Shown here: in pieces, positions 1 through 11,613 of the stretch
How the letters are laid out: the number at the start of each line of letters is the position of its first letter
Numbering within the stretch: the stretch's first letter is position 1
Source: a virus
DNA: 64,000 nucleotides
Strand: one strand, 5' to 3'
IMG/VR virus record: IMGVR_UViG_3300048672_000152
Coordinates: 1-64,000 of that record
Translations under genes and position numbers: made by a program
Notes under the pieces: model-generated
What the model saw: the letters and a program-made list of their open reading frames with translations, nothing else
What the model was told of the DNA's origin: nothing
Database searches by the model: none

Positions 1-929
1 TCTTGTTGTAAACCAGCAGTAGTTACTACGTATTCATTAAGAGCTTTCCAATCCACCGCTACTTTATTTGTATTTTCTGCTTGTGTGTTTCCACGAACGC
101 CAAAGGCCATATTAAGTTTCCTTATATATTAAGTTTTGCAATATTGCATTATATCAGTTTTAAGAATTGTACAATCTCTTGTACAAGAAGGTTCTACGCA
201 TTAAATCGTGCTAACAACGTCATTACTTTATTTAAGCCAGAGTAAGATACACCCATACACTGCAATTGCTTTTGGTAATCTCGATTATTAGCAAACCGAT
301 TATTCGATAATGCACCATAATTCTGGTACAGTTGTTGCAGACGCAACGTATTATTGAAGTTATCTGCATTGTCAGCTAGAGATTCGGCAGATTTAGACAT
401 TAAAGATTTAATTTTATCAAACATTTTATTCTCCTTTATTAATATTTCACTTTATTACTACGACCAATACTTACTACAGCAACTCCATACATCAGCACAG
501 CTACAAACACTTGGCTAACAAAACCAACGAAGGCATATAGTGTAGTTGACCAGAATGGTGCTGTCAAGATAAACATTTGATAAAGTGTCCAAGTAAACCA
601 AATTGGTGCTGCACTCCATACCAACAAACCTGCGAGAGCAATTAATAATACTTTCATTGTTTCTCCTCTTTAGAAATCATGTGAGCAAGAGTGTGTTCAT
701 CTACATCCACATTATAATCCCACTCATCGCTATTACCAAATAGCTTACCTAACCACTGACCATTGGAGTCTTTCTTGAAGAAGCAAGGGTAGTCTTCTTC
801 TGTCTCAGGACAGAAATGAGTTGCTTCTGGTTCAATACTCCAATCTACTTCATTTGAATTCATAATTTTTCTCCTCATTTATTTAAGCGTCAATTGTATC
901 AGAATTATCATCAGTGTCAAGCGAATTAT

Positions 930-3401
930 TTAGTGAACATCATAATAATTTTTACCAACTTTATAACCACCATTCAAATCTATTGCGAATGTAGGTGGGT
1001 TTCCATTGGCAAAGTGTTGTGGATTCTTAGTATGATACTTGAATATCTGTTCAGCAGCCCAACTATAACACTCACCGCCAAGCTTACCAGCTTGTTCTTC
1101 ATAACCTTCTGTGACTTCTAATAAAACTTCATCGTGAGTATCAAGAACCTTACAGATATGCTCTCTTAACCCAAGTTTATCTAACTCTTTACCTAAGCGA
1201 ACAACAGCCATCTTTTGAGCCAAAGCTTCAAAACCTTGAACAATAGTGTTTACACTCTTGTGACTGCTATTATTCCACAACCAATAACCAAAAGCAAGTG
1301 GTAAATAGAAACCGTTGCGGTATTTGTATTTAGATTCATAAACACTTAAAGCTTTGATAGTATTATCCAAACCCATTTGGTTTAAGAATTGTTCCTTACG
1401 CTTATTACCTTCTTTCTCAGGAATACCAATGGTTTTAGCTACTTTCTTACCAGAAGCCCCAAAGATTACCGCAAAAGAACCCCCCTTGCTAGCCTTACGC
1501 TTCAAAGTAATTTTGTGGATCAGATCTTTGTCTTGAGAGTCAACAGCAGATAACCAATCTACTTCAGACACCATCCCAAACATACGAGCATTAACACAGT
1601 GAGCAGTTTGACCTAAATACTTACCATCTTCAGAGTACTCCATACCAGAAGCTACGTTGTTATAGTATTCATAGTTATTAGCATAGTAAGCTGCAATAGA
1701 TAACTGAGCAGACTTCATATCAATACCTACTAACACCTTACCCTCACCTGCGATGACACTTTGGCGTATCTCCTTGCCGTATAAAGCACTATCAGATGGG
1801 GCGTTTACCCAGATCCTTTGTGCGCCCCTACCACTGCGAGTGGCAAAGTTGTTTACACCAGCAGGAATTCTACCATCTTCCCGAACATAACTCAATAACC
1901 CCTTATTCTCAGGGTCTTTAGGGTTCTCTAAGAAACGTCTACGGTGCTGATAGGTGTTATACTCAGCAATCTTCTTACCTAAACCTTCAGGTAATTGGTC
2001 GTAATCATCGTCTGTAAGTTTAGGGCTACTCACTAAGTATTCACCTTTCTTAACCAAACGCACTAATTGATTTTCTGGTGCTGCTTTAGAAGGCCACCGC
2101 ACTTCTGTATCAGCATCAACCTTGATCCACTCACCATAAGCATCCTCTTTCAAATTCCAATCTTCCGCATCCTTCCAGCCTAGAGTGATTAAGAATGCTT
2201 TTACAATTTCAGATTGTGTCATGGTAGAAGGTTCGACAGTTATCCTTGTGAATGCACCTGAAATAATATCAGTATCAGTAGGCTCTAACCCAAACCATTG
2301 GCAAGTGTAAGCGTTAAGTACTTCAGTAACCACTTCTTTCTTCTCAATATCCCAATCCTTTGTTTTGGTATCTGGAAAATTCACTTTGATCCAATCAGTC
2401 AAATCCTTTTTCTTATTGAACACTGGTGTTGCCCCATAGGATAAGTTAAAGCCATAATATTGGGTAACTTTCTCTTTACTGGTGTAATTGATGGTTGGTT
2501 TATAGTAAGGCTTATCAATAACTTCTACAACTTCACCATCTTTTTTACGATTAGATTTAGCCTCTACTATTTTGCTCGAATCAAAGCCAAATAATTCTGC
2601 CATCTCTTTTCGGGACACTTTGGTTGTAGCACCTTTAATAGATGGTGGTAATTGTGGTTCAATTTCTGCACGTAATAATTCAATCTTAATATCCAAGTCA
2701 TCTAGACATTTCTTAATGTGATTAACATCTACTAACACGCCATTATTCTCTTGTAAGAAGCATTCATGTGCGTACAATGCCTCCACTTTTAATGCGTAAG
2801 TAAAATCAATATTGTAAGTATCTTTTAAGAAGTTACGTTCTTTCTCTAACATTAAATACGTCTGAGCTTGGATCTTACAATCTTCTATTACACGATGGAG
2901 CTTAAAGGCATCCATCGTAACCCAATCAATAATCTCTGGTTTGTTAATACCACACTTGATACCCCAAGCTTTCAAACCATGAGGTGATTTAGCACCTTTA
3001 GGGCAAGGTCTTTCAAACCATTGGAGCTTACTCTGAATAAACGTATCATGGTAGCTTTCAAAAGGAATCCCATTGTCAGGCCAAATCTTATCTATCACAG
3101 GTCTATCGTAAGTATGCGCGTTATGGATAATCAACAAACTTCCATTGTTCGCTGCTGATTTCCAAAACGCGATACCCTCATCTAGTGTTCCAGACCGTAC
3201 AGGTATAGTGTACTCTTTATTATCATAAGGATCTACTACAGTAACACCGTCAAACTCAGGGTTATTATGGAAGAGTATCACATTACCGTTGTCAATATCC
3301 ACTGAGCAAAGGCAATGTATATCCTCTTTGCTGTTAACTGCTTCATAGAAACCTTTGGCTTCGATGTCACTAGCTAATTTTAAATTCCGATACTCTAACA
3401 T
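930..3401 (-). CDS. DNA polymerase, family A (3'-5' exonuclease plus polymerase)
   Basis: 823 aa. Exo motifs SDIEAKG, HNAHTYD, HDTFI; polymerase motifs TRSGR, GIDMKSAQL (A), RKASKGGSFAVIFG (B), DTHDE (C). Confidence 0.95.
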   Translation of the reverse strand: MLEYRNLKLASDIEAKGFYEAVNSKEDIHCLCSVDIDNGNVILFHNNPEFDGVTVVDPYDNKEYTIPVRSGTLDEGIAFWKSAANNGSLLIIHNAHTYDRPVIDKIWPDNGIPFESYHDTFIQSKLQWFERPCPKGAKSPHGLKAWGIKCGINKPEIIDWVTMDAFKLHRVIEDCKIQAQTYLMLEKERNFLKDTYNIDFTYALKVEALYAHECFLQENNGVLVDVNHIKKCLDDLDIKIELLRAEIEPQLPPSIKGATTKVSRKEMAELFGFDSSKIVEAKSNRKKDGEVVEVIDKPYYKPTINYTSKEKVTQYYGFNLSYGATPVFNKKKDLTDWIKVNFPDTKTKDWDIEKKEVVTEVLNAYTCQWFGLEPTDTDIISGAFTRITVEPSTMTQSEIVKAFLITLGWKDAEDWNLKEDAYGEWIKVDADTEVRWPSKAAPENQLVRLVKKGEYLVSSPKLTDDDYDQLPEGLGKKIAEYNTYQHRRRFLENPKDPENKGLLSYVREDGRIPAGVNNFATRSGRGAQRIWVNAPSDSALYGKEIRQSVIAGEGKVLVGIDMKSAQLSIAAYYANNYEYYNNVASGMEYSEDGKYLGQTAHCVNARMFGMVSEVDWLSAVDSQDKDLIHKITLKRKASKGGSFAVIFGASGKKVAKTIGIPEKEGNKRKEQFLNQMGLDNTIKALSVYESKYKYRNGFYLPLAFGYWLWNNSSHKSVNTIVQGFEALAQKMAVVRLGKELDKLGLREHICKVLDTHDEVLLEVTEGYEEQAGKLGGECYSWAAEQIFKYHTKNPQHFANGNPPTFAIDLNGGYKVGKNYYDVH

Positions 3402-3409
3402 ATAACTCC

Positions 3410-5281
3410 TTAAAATAATTTGTTTATATCTACCTCATCTTCAGTATTGAAGTTTTGATAGTGGTCTGAATAGTCTGGTTCTGGTTGGTTAAAGTAAGTA
3501 TTAAAATTGTGCATAGTGTGGGTAGTAATATCGTAGTACCAATTACCTACAATACCTGTCACCCCTGTCCAACGACACTTACCTAGTGTAACCTTAGTGG
3601 TGTTTTGTACAATAGGGTCTTCAGCATATTTGTTCCTGTTTAGGAATATGTTTGCCCCTGCGCTTTTAGTAACTAAAGATAAACCAGATACGTCATCTTC
3701 GGTTAACTCACGTTCGATACGCTTACCTGTCTTATCTGTAGACACATTACCTTTCCTAACGTGGCAAACACAAGAGAAGGTTATACCGTACTTCAACGTA
3801 TTTTTCATCCATTTAATAAAGGCTGTTTGTTCTTCCCAAGAAGACGCATCAAATAAGTCATTTAGGGGGTCTATGATAATCAACTTACATCCATGTTTCT
3901 TAATTAAACGTTCAATCTGCTTACGTACATTATCCAGACTGCCTTCTCGGTCATCTAATAATGCAAATCTTTCCTCTCCGTACTCATTCATCTTCAAACG
4001 ATTACGTGCTTCCATCACATGAGATTGTTTAATGAACTCTACAGCTTTCTCAGGACTGTCAATTAGGTTAATTTTATACCCTACCTCACGACTTAACATA
4101 GCAATCATGTACTGTGCTGCGGTAAGCTCAAGACTTACAATACCCACCTTGTAGGGTGAATTGTAAATCCACTCACGAATGGCTTCATTGACAGTAGTGG
4201 TTTTACCTGCACCTGTTCCTGCAATCCAGTTTACCCAATAACCTAAAGGGATACCACCAGAGAATGCTTTTTGTAAATCACACATGAATGCTGGTAGCGG
4301 GATTTTAGGTCTTAATAGTTCTTCTTCTAAACCATCATCAGCATCAATAGAGGATATAATACCATCATCAAGGTAAGGTTTAGCGCTAAAGAAGTCTCGT
4401 ACAAACTGGTCTTGCTTGCCAGACTCTAACATCTTGTTAGGATCTTTCATAGTCCAATTTGCAATTTTAACTTTGTCTGCGGGTAATACCTTGGCAATTT
4501 CTACCATCGCCTCTTTACCTACGTCATCATTGTCCAACCCTAGAATGATAATTTCAAACGAATCTAAGAAATCGTATTGTGCTGCTATCTGTTTAACTGC
4601 ACTACCTTCACCCGTTGTAGGGCTGACAACAGCAATAGGCTCGAAGTTATCTTGCTTACGTTGTTTCTGACTTTCCCGTAACATCTGGAAGGCAGCAACC
4701 TTATCTTCTTCTCCTCCGGTAATAAGGATATATTTACCCCCAGACTTGAATTTAACCTGTCCAGATAGCTCAGATTTAATACCTGTACGCCCTTTGTTTA
4801 ACATGCCAAATTTCTTAGGAAAGATACGAGATTTATATCCAGTAACTTTACCATCTTCTGTTTCTGGGTAGAAACGTGCTACAGGGTTTCCAGAAGAATC
4901 GCGTTTAGTTAAATGCCCGTAGAACTGATTGTATTCATCTTTAATACCGCGAATATCGTTACCTACATAACCTGTATCTTTAATAAACTGGATGACTTCA
5001 TCTTTAGTCATTGGTTCCTTTTTAGGTTTAGCTGTTACTTTGGTTGAATCAACTACAACACCACCCTCAATACCTAAGTCACCCGCTATACTAGATTTAT
5101 TAATCATTGAAGGTGAAAAATATTGGCTACATGACCAACAGAACCCATCATAGAAAATTTTACCATCTTCATCTGTATTTTGATATACAGCTAAACCATC
5201 ACTGCTATGGCAATCATGTCTATCAGAACATTCACTACCAATACAATGAAAATGTCCTACAAAATCTCCGCTATCTTTCAT
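3410..5281 (-). CDS. T7 gp4-like primase-helicase
   Basis: N-terminal Cys/His zinc finger (CHSSDG...CWSC), TOPRIM (TGGEED, LGLDND), Walker A AGTGAGKTT, IIIDPL, CHVRK. Confidence 0.93.
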   Translation of the reverse strand: MKDSGDFVGHFHCIGSECSDRHDCHSSDGLAVYQNTDEDGKIFYDGFCWSCSQYFSPSMINKSSIAGDLGIEGGVVVDSTKVTAKPKKEPMTKDEVIQFIKDTGYVGNDIRGIKDEYNQFYGHLTKRDSSGNPVARFYPETEDGKVTGYKSRIFPKKFGMLNKGRTGIKSELSGQVKFKSGGKYILITGGEEDKVAAFQMLRESQKQRKQDNFEPIAVVSPTTGEGSAVKQIAAQYDFLDSFEIIILGLDNDDVGKEAMVEIAKVLPADKVKIANWTMKDPNKMLESGKQDQFVRDFFSAKPYLDDGIISSIDADDGLEEELLRPKIPLPAFMCDLQKAFSGGIPLGYWVNWIAGTGAGKTTTVNEAIREWIYNSPYKVGIVSLELTAAQYMIAMLSREVGYKINLIDSPEKAVEFIKQSHVMEARNRLKMNEYGEERFALLDDREGSLDNVRKQIERLIKKHGCKLIIIDPLNDLFDASSWEEQTAFIKWMKNTLKYGITFSCVCHVRKGNVSTDKTGKRIERELTEDDVSGLSLVTKSAGANIFLNRNKYAEDPIVQNTTKVTLGKCRWTGVTGIVGNWYYDITTHTMHNFNTYFNQPEPDYSDHYQNFNTEDEVDINKLF

Positions 5282-5761
5282 TCATCTCTCCTTCAACTAA
5301 ACTTCCGATACCAATTCATATACTCAGCAAATGCACAAATAGCAATGTCAAAATCATCAAACCTGATACCATTTACACCAAATGAATACATAGACCCACC
5401 AAGAAATACTCCATGACTCATGTATTTACTATCACGCTTATCCCACCAATACAAGTAGTATTCGGTATCTGTCTGATTCTGTAAAGCTACCCCATAATCC
5501 AATCTCTCAAGAACTTGAATCACTTCTTGAATCTGTTCGTCTATTGTCATTTCAAAGCTCCTCTAGCCTCTAACTCGAAGCGCAACATACTAACAGTATC
5601 TTTCAATTCTGTCAACTCTAATTCCATGTCGTTAATTGTATCTGTACGTAAAGCAATCAGAGCCTTGATTTCTTGATTAGTTAGTAATGGCATAGGTGAT
5701 GGTAGGTGGTCTTCTAAATATTTGTAATATTTAGCATCTTTAATTAGTGTCATGTTGTCTC

Positions 5762-6103
5762 CTACATTTGTGATAGAATAGCTTTAAGTCTTTCACCATA
5801 TTCTCTTGTATTATGATTGTATAACAAGTCATACATTAGTGGTGTTAGCTCATCTCTTGTGCTTTTAGTAATCACTTCTTCCATCTGTCTGCAAGCTAAA
5901 TCAATAGATTCAGTGAGTTCTCGCTCATTCTTATAACTAACATGAACAGACATACCTAAATACACTTCAACAACATTCACTGTGTCTATGTACTGATGGT
6001 CATACACATTAGTTTCTAATTTAAGAGGTGGTAGAACAACTAGCTCTTGTGAACGACCAATTACTACATTTTCTCTAAGGATTTCTCTTAATGGTTTGTT
6101 CAT
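5762..6103 (-). CDS. hypothetical protein
   Basis: 113-aa ORF, co-directional within a tightly packed operon. Confidence 0.6.
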   Translation of the reverse strand: MNKPLREILRENVVIGRSQELVVLPPLKLETNVYDHQYIDTVNVVEVYLGMSVHVSYKNERELTESIDLACRQMEEVITKSTRDELTPLMYDLLYNHNTREYGERLKAILSQM

Positions 6104-6106
6104 AAA

Positions 6107-6640
6107 TCACTCTCCTAATTGTTCGTTAATCTGAGCTAATTGTAACTCTAAAGCTTTCTTCTTGTCAAGGAGAGTTTGTTTGCTATGCTCTTTTTCTTGG
6201 CGCTTGCGTTCCTCATAAACATTAATTACAATGTCTACAGTTTCATCATTACTCCACCAACCTCCATGAGTATCTGAAATAGATAAACAGTATTCGAGAT
6301 AATAAATAGAATCTCTATCTGTCACACATTTCAGTTTCTCAAACCAAGCCTTAACAATCTCTGATTCTGATTTATCGGAAGCTACATTTTCCTTTTGAAC
6401 AGGAACATCCGCTACAAGAAAGAAGAATTCAATATCAGTCTGATAGAAGAAGTAATCACCTCTATAGTGTACAATATCACCTTCAATATACGATACAGTA
6501 ATTTCATAATCAAACTGCGCTAAATCATAGAACACTTCTTCGTTGCAGTCGTGTGCGTCAAAGAATTCTTGTTTCATAGCCATGTCGAATTTATATTTCT
6601 TACCAACTTCAAACTGTTTCATATCTATTCTCCTCATCAA
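6107..6640 (-). CDS. hypothetical protein with C-terminal coiled coil
   Basis: 177-aa ORF; GAGGAG RBS near an internal ATG. Confidence 0.6.
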   Translation of the reverse strand: MMRRIDMKQFEVGKKYKFDMAMKQEFFDAHDCNEEVFYDLAQFDYEITVSYIEGDIVHYRGDYFFYQTDIEFFFLVADVPVQKENVASDKSESEIVKAWFEKLKCVTDRDSIYYLEYCLSISDTHGGWWSNDETVDIVINVYEERKRQEKEHSKQTLLDKKKALELQLAQINEQLGE

Positions 6641-6695
6641 TTAATATTCAGCTATTCTACATAGCAAAAAGCCCTCTGTCAAGAGGGCTAATGCT

Positions 6696-7361
6696 TTATT
6701 TCGCTAATTTTTCAGCTTTATCTTTAGTCTGTTCAAGAGACTCAAGTAATCCATTTACATCAGGATTATCTGTAGCCCATTTACGTAGCTGATTTGTAAT
6801 AGCTTTACCTGCCAAGCTACCAGCTTCTTGTACAAATTCAGATTCATACGTACTCTGAATTAAATAAGCAGCTCCCGCATATTGTAATGTCTTTTCTGTT
6901 GGCAATAGAAGATGTAGTGATAGCATTGTAATAGCTAACCATTTAAGTTTAACAAAGTTTGTATCAACAATACCCTGCTTGTGTGTAATATCAATAATCG
7001 TTAAATCTTCAATAGCGTCAAGAAATGTGTCAGTAAGCACTCGTGCGGAGGAGTCAGTACACCTCTTGTCAAATTTAGAAATACAACCGTAGTCTGAGAA
7101 CTTGTTAATATAAACTTCATCACCTACATTGAAATTTAATAGCGGTTTTTGTAGTTTATATAACTTTTTCTCTCTTACGCCATCCCAAGTAGGTTTAGCC
7201 ACATGAGTATTCTTGTAACTCTCCCACACTTTAACAAGTTGGAATTTACTGATCAGGTAACAAACAATAAACAAAGCCAACACCAACCCAACATAATATG
7301 TAACGAAAGCTTTAATAGCTCCGAGTGTTGCCACTAAATATACGATAAATGCTAATAACAT
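6696..7361 (-). CDS. putative membrane protein
   Basis: N-terminal hydrophobic segments and a second hydrophobic stretch (WLAITMLSLHLLLP). Confidence 0.6.
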   Translation of the reverse strand: MLLAFIVYLVATLGAIKAFVTYYVGLVLALFIVCYLISKFQLVKVWESYKNTHVAKPTWDGVREKKLYKLQKPLLNFNVGDEVYINKFSDYGCISKFDKRCTDSSARVLTDTFLDAIEDLTIIDITHKQGIVDTNFVKLKWLAITMLSLHLLLPTEKTLQYAGAAYLIQSTYESEFVQEAGSLAGKAITNQLRKWATDNPDVNGLLESLEQTKDKAEKLAK

Positions 7362-8114
7362 TTTACTCTCCTAATTTCTTTAAATCATTAATAAATTGTT
7401 CCCGCAAAGAACTTTCAGCTTTCAATACTTTAGCTAATAATACTAATTGTTGCATCAAAGCCTCAGATGTTTTAGCATTAACAACAGTATCTAAATCTAA
7501 CATATCTGCTAGGATCTTGCGGGCATTCTCATAAGAATCCACTAGCGTATTTAGTTTGGCTTTGTCCAATCCTTTCTCCAATTGGAAATGTCTTGGTATT
7601 GGTTCTTCCTGTGAAGGTGGATTACCGAACGGATCTAGTTTGTAAATAAATTCTGGTTGGTAAGGCATAGTTACTCTCCTACAATAATAAATTGGTCACT
7701 CGTTAAACGATATGTACTTTTGTAATTACTTAGCTCACCGACAGCATATCTCGGTGTATATTCAATCAGTACGGTTTTATCTGTAACTTTAATTACAGTT
7801 GCTTCCATTAGACTACGATAATTCTTCACTGTACAAACAACTCTATCGCCAAGCTTTACCTCAACACCATAGAAATCTTTCATAACTATTACTCCGTTAA
7901 TTCAAAGTATTCACTGAACCCTTTAATTGGTAGATAATGACAACTACCTTCGTTATTACGTGGTGTATACATTTCGGCATAACCTGTATCTAGGTCAAAG
8001 CCAAAGAACTCATACACATCACCAGCTTTGAATGCTGGAACATCCCCATTTTCTTCAGATTCGTTGTGCATCCAGAAGTTTTTTAAACATTTGTATTTCA
8101 TGTGTTTCTCCTAT

Positions 8115-9009
8115 TTAAAATTCGTTATGAGGTAAACCAACATCAACAGTAGTTAAACCTAACTCATAAGCCCACATACGTAATACTGACTTACGATCAT
8201 CTACAACATATTCAACATTGTAATTATTCCGAACATACTTGTCGAATAGTTCTTTCTTGATAATTGTATCTTTTCGTTGGTCTTTTTCAGAACGCATTAG
8301 TAACAAACAATCTTGTGTCCATTCACCAACATTATCAATTAACCATTGGCGAGTAGCTTCTTGACAAACAGCATCACGACCAGACATAAAAAATTACATA
8401 ATTGCCTGAATCAAAACGGTAATTAGTTACCATATCAATAACATGCTGTCTTGGTTTATCCAGATGAACTTTATACCACTCGAATGCTGTACGAACGCCT
8501 GTCATATCCGCTATCGACCCGTCGATGTCACAGATAACACAATGTTTCAACCCTTGTTGGTGCTTATGATAACTATCACCATGACGTAATTTCATATATC
8601 GTGCATATTGATCTGTAATTACTTTATATCCAACACCATTAGGACGTTTAGCATCACGTTGTAATGCTTCCATTAAATCAATATCAAAGTATTTAACTTC
8701 AACATCATACCCTAAATCAGTTAAACGATTAATCCAGAAATTACGTGTCTTGTCGTTGATATTAGTATCAGAAATAATTACATTCATACCTAACATCCAA
8801 GCGCCATCAGTAGCCACCTCTTGCTCGCGCGTTACGCGATTTTCACGTTCTTTGGTGAATTTATAAAGATTCCAGTCACGTACACCATTACAAAATAGTT
8901 TGAAACGAATATCGTCACGATTAATATCCATATATCCTTGTGATTCCATTTCTTTAGCAAATGTTGATTTGCCGCTGGCGCTAATCCCGCATAACACATA
9001 CGCTTTCAT
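8115..9009 (-). pseudogene. pseT: T4 PseT-like polynucleotide 5'-kinase/3'-phosphatase, split by a 1-nt frameshift (ORFs 8374..9009 and 8115..8387)
   Basis: P-loop GISASGKST, NRDDIR and HAD motif CDIDGS in ORF1; SGR, RKDTIIK and VDDR in ORF2. Removing one base from the A6 run at 8388-8393 fuses them (YVIFMSGRD). Confidence 0.85.
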
Positions 9010-9068
9010 CTTATTCTCCTCTCCAAATAAAGAAGCCCTATCTTAACAGACAGGGCTTTTGTTGTCAA

Positions 9069-10157
9069 CTACTTTACGTAATTAGCTAAACATTTCAGTT
9101 TAAAGTTTTCATCAAAACTATTATAAGTGTGTCCAATATTCTCACCGTTCTTACGTGCCTTGAACAATACCCCACTACTAGGTAAATGTTTAATCGCTAA
9201 TGCAAATTCTTTCTGGTCAATGATACCACTCACTTTATCCCAAGTAGTCGCCATCTCTTGTAACATGGTATTATAACCTTCAACATATTTTTCAAAGTGT
9301 TCTGTATCTTCTGGAAAGATTGACAGGTATTCGTCTTTCTCGTTCATAATTACCAACTGCATAATACGTTTTGGATTTAACCCTTCACCCCTCAAGTGAT
9401 GAGCAGCAACGTAAGCAGGATTCTTAACTTTTAATTTAGGTTCACCGAATTGATCATACAACACATAACCTTCGTTCAATTCTCGCAGTTCTTTAGCCGC
9501 AAGCAAACAATCTTCAAACGATTCAAATTTGTAGCTTTTCGGTGATTTCCAACCACGTAGTTCGGCATCTTTACTTAAAAAGCGTAAGTAGTTACCAGTA
9601 AGATTACAACGAACAGCTAGTAAATATGCAGCAGATTCTTCGTATTTAGTGACTACACGATTCTCTCTACCAACTACTTCAAAGATGTATGTGTTATGTG
9701 GTGAATGGATGTAGTCATTAAATTCTGGTTTAAACAGTACAGGCTCAATCAATTCTTTCCATGTGGTTTCCCATCCATTAACGCTAGATGTCGGCATAAT
9801 CATCGAACGTGTTCGATACAACCAATCACCTTTCCAATTGAACAATGAGACAATACTACCATCAACTTTCTCATAAGCTGTCATTTTAGTAATATCTTGT
9901 TGTTCTTGTGTTTCTCCATAATTGAAGAAGCGGTCAAAACTACGACTAACTACTATCCATTTACCTGATTCATCATAAGTGACTACTAGACTACGACATT
10001 CGTTAGTAATTGGATGATTTTTAGGTGATTCAATTTGGTCATAATTCAACACATATAAAATTTGACCATCTTTATCTACCCATTCATTCACTGATAATGA
10101 AAACTCAGTGATCAGATGAGCCATGCAGTTTTGGTTTAAATAGTCAATAACTCCCAT
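9069..10157 (-). CDS. RNA ligase 1 (T4 Rnl1-like)
   Basis: ECRSL, SFDRFFNYGE, motif I YEKVDGS, FE, EGYV, KLKVK; adjacent to PNK. Confidence 0.88.
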   Translation of the reverse strand: MGVIDYLNQNCMAHLITEFSLSVNEWVDKDGQILYVLNYDQIESPKNHPITNECRSLVVTYDESGKWIVVSRSFDRFFNYGETQEQQDITKMTAYEKVDGSIVSLFNWKGDWLYRTRSMIMPTSSVNGWETTWKELIEPVLFKPEFNDYIHSPHNTYIFEVVGRENRVVTKYEESAAYLLAVRCNLTGNYLRFLSKDAELRGWKSPKSYKFESFEDCLLAAKELRELNEGYVLYDQFGEPKLKVKNPAYVAAHHLRGEGLNPKRIMQLVIMNEKDEYLSIFPEDTEHFEKYVEGYNTMLQEMATTWDKVSGIIDQKEFALAIKHLPSSGVLFKARKNGENIGHTYNSFDENFKLKCLANYVK

Positions 10158-10926
10158 ACATTTCTCCTATTCATAAATCAATTTTAAGGCACTTAGATGA
10201 AGCGTAGCAGCGTTATCACCCTTCAAGGTATGTTAGGGTATTGCTATCTGGCGATAGCAGCTTATACAGCGTTCTACGCTCGTTCTTCACGCTCTGCTTC
10301 GTCTAAACGATTTTGAAGGTCTGTAGCAGCACAGCCATCGTCCCATTTTAAACCACAATTCTTACAACCAATCTTGTTGCACGTATTGATAATAACATCA
10401 CGTAAACGGATTTTCAATTCGTCTGAATATTTCATTGATTCTTACACTCCATGTCCCATAAAACCGAATCAGTAACACCTCTAGAATCAAGACGTAATGT
10501 TTCGCTGCGTCCGTAACACTCTCCATCTACACTGATAAATCCAGCACTGATAGGTGTTCTACGAATACGCCGCCAATCTCCGCTACGTTGATTTTTAATG
10601 GCGTTTAGCACTTCAGCCATGCAGTCATGGTTAATTATATCTGGAAATACAAACATTTCCTCAATACCTTCACGTTCTGTTACAATGTATTTCATTACTT
10701 CACCTCCATCAATGTATCTTTCCAATCCATACCTTCAAGGTCTACAATACCAAGAAAGGTAGAGGTAATAAAATTACCTTCATAGTCTTCTTCTACAGCA
10801 AACACCCAACCATCTTGATGAGTTTTAATATGACCTCTGAAGCACTCAGGTAATTCAAACTCGATGCCAAAATAATCTACTTTCTTTAGTTTTCTACCGC
10901 TAATAAGTTTCATCACATTCTCCTCA

Positions 10927-10972
10927 TTTGTTTCGATGTGTACATATTACGCTCATTGTGGGTTGGTGTCAA
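10927..10972 (-). promoter_or_regulatory. sigma70-type phage promoter with ATCGAAAC leader motif
   Basis: TTGACA (10972-10967), 17 bp, TAATAT (10949-10944), then ATCGAAAC and GAGGAG. Similar architecture at 14070-14113(-), 14138-14180(+), 16339-16382(+) and 35646-35688(-). Confidence 0.7.
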
Positions 10973-11092
10973 TAGGGGTTTATTAAAATAAATTAAATAT
11001 TTAAACAAGTATACACGAATCCACTTATATGGTGTATTTCTGTCTACTTAATTTTAAGGTTGCTTAGCTAAGCAACACTTATTTTAGATAAT

Positions 11093-11117
11093 AAAAAGCC
11101 AGCACGAAGGCTGGCTT
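11093..11117. terminator. intrinsic terminator
   Basis: aaaaagccagc-acgaag-gctggcttt hairpin with A/T tails. Confidence 0.7.
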
Positions 11118-11163
11118 TAGTCACAAATATTGGTGATTAATTTGTTTATCTGACATTGATTTA

Positions 11164-11361
11164 TCAATGATCACCAGATATGGTGAGTTTCTTATTCCCT
11201 TCTCGCATCCAATATTCCATAGTGACCTCAATAGCGTCCCGTATTAATGACTCAGCTTCTTCGTAAGTGTCAGCGTACTCCGTTAAGTAAGGGAATGTAC
11301 CACAATTGGCTTCGTATAGACGTTCACCATCTACCATCACTTGTTTGATTGTTATTTTCAT
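11164..11361 (-). CDS. HicB-like antitoxin-domain protein
   Basis: YEANCGTFPYLTEYADTYEEAESLIRDAIE resembles the HicB N-terminal pattern (Y.A.CP.LP.....G.T.EEA.....EA). Confidence 0.65.
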   Translation of the reverse strand: MKITIKQVMVDGERLYEANCGTFPYLTEYADTYEEAESLIRDAIEVTMEYWMREGNKKLTISGDH

Positions 11362-11613
11362 TCTTCATCTTCCTCATCTGGGACACATGGAATCATACGT
11401 AATGAATATTTGTAATGGTCAAGGTTGATACTAGCACCAGCCATGATAAGTTCAGCTTTATCTTTACTAACACATTCTCCACCACAGATAGTGTGAATGA
11501 ATTTACCTGTCTCATCTTCAACTACTACGACTACATATTTAAGATTGTTCATTTGTTTCTCCTATGTGTTTGATGTAGGGAATTGTACAGAGTAAATTGG
11601 TTAGTGTCAAGAG

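Noticed and set aside
2050-2640. Intein in the DNA polymerase
   Set aside because: The extra region lacks intein C/S...HN boundaries and LAGLIDADG motifs; it is more likely a thumb insertion as in T7-type polymerases.
894-5416. Plus-strand ORFs opposite the polymerase and primase genes (and similar antisense ORFs over the virion genes)
   Set aside because: They are shadow frames of well-supported genes, without RBS or recognisable motifs.
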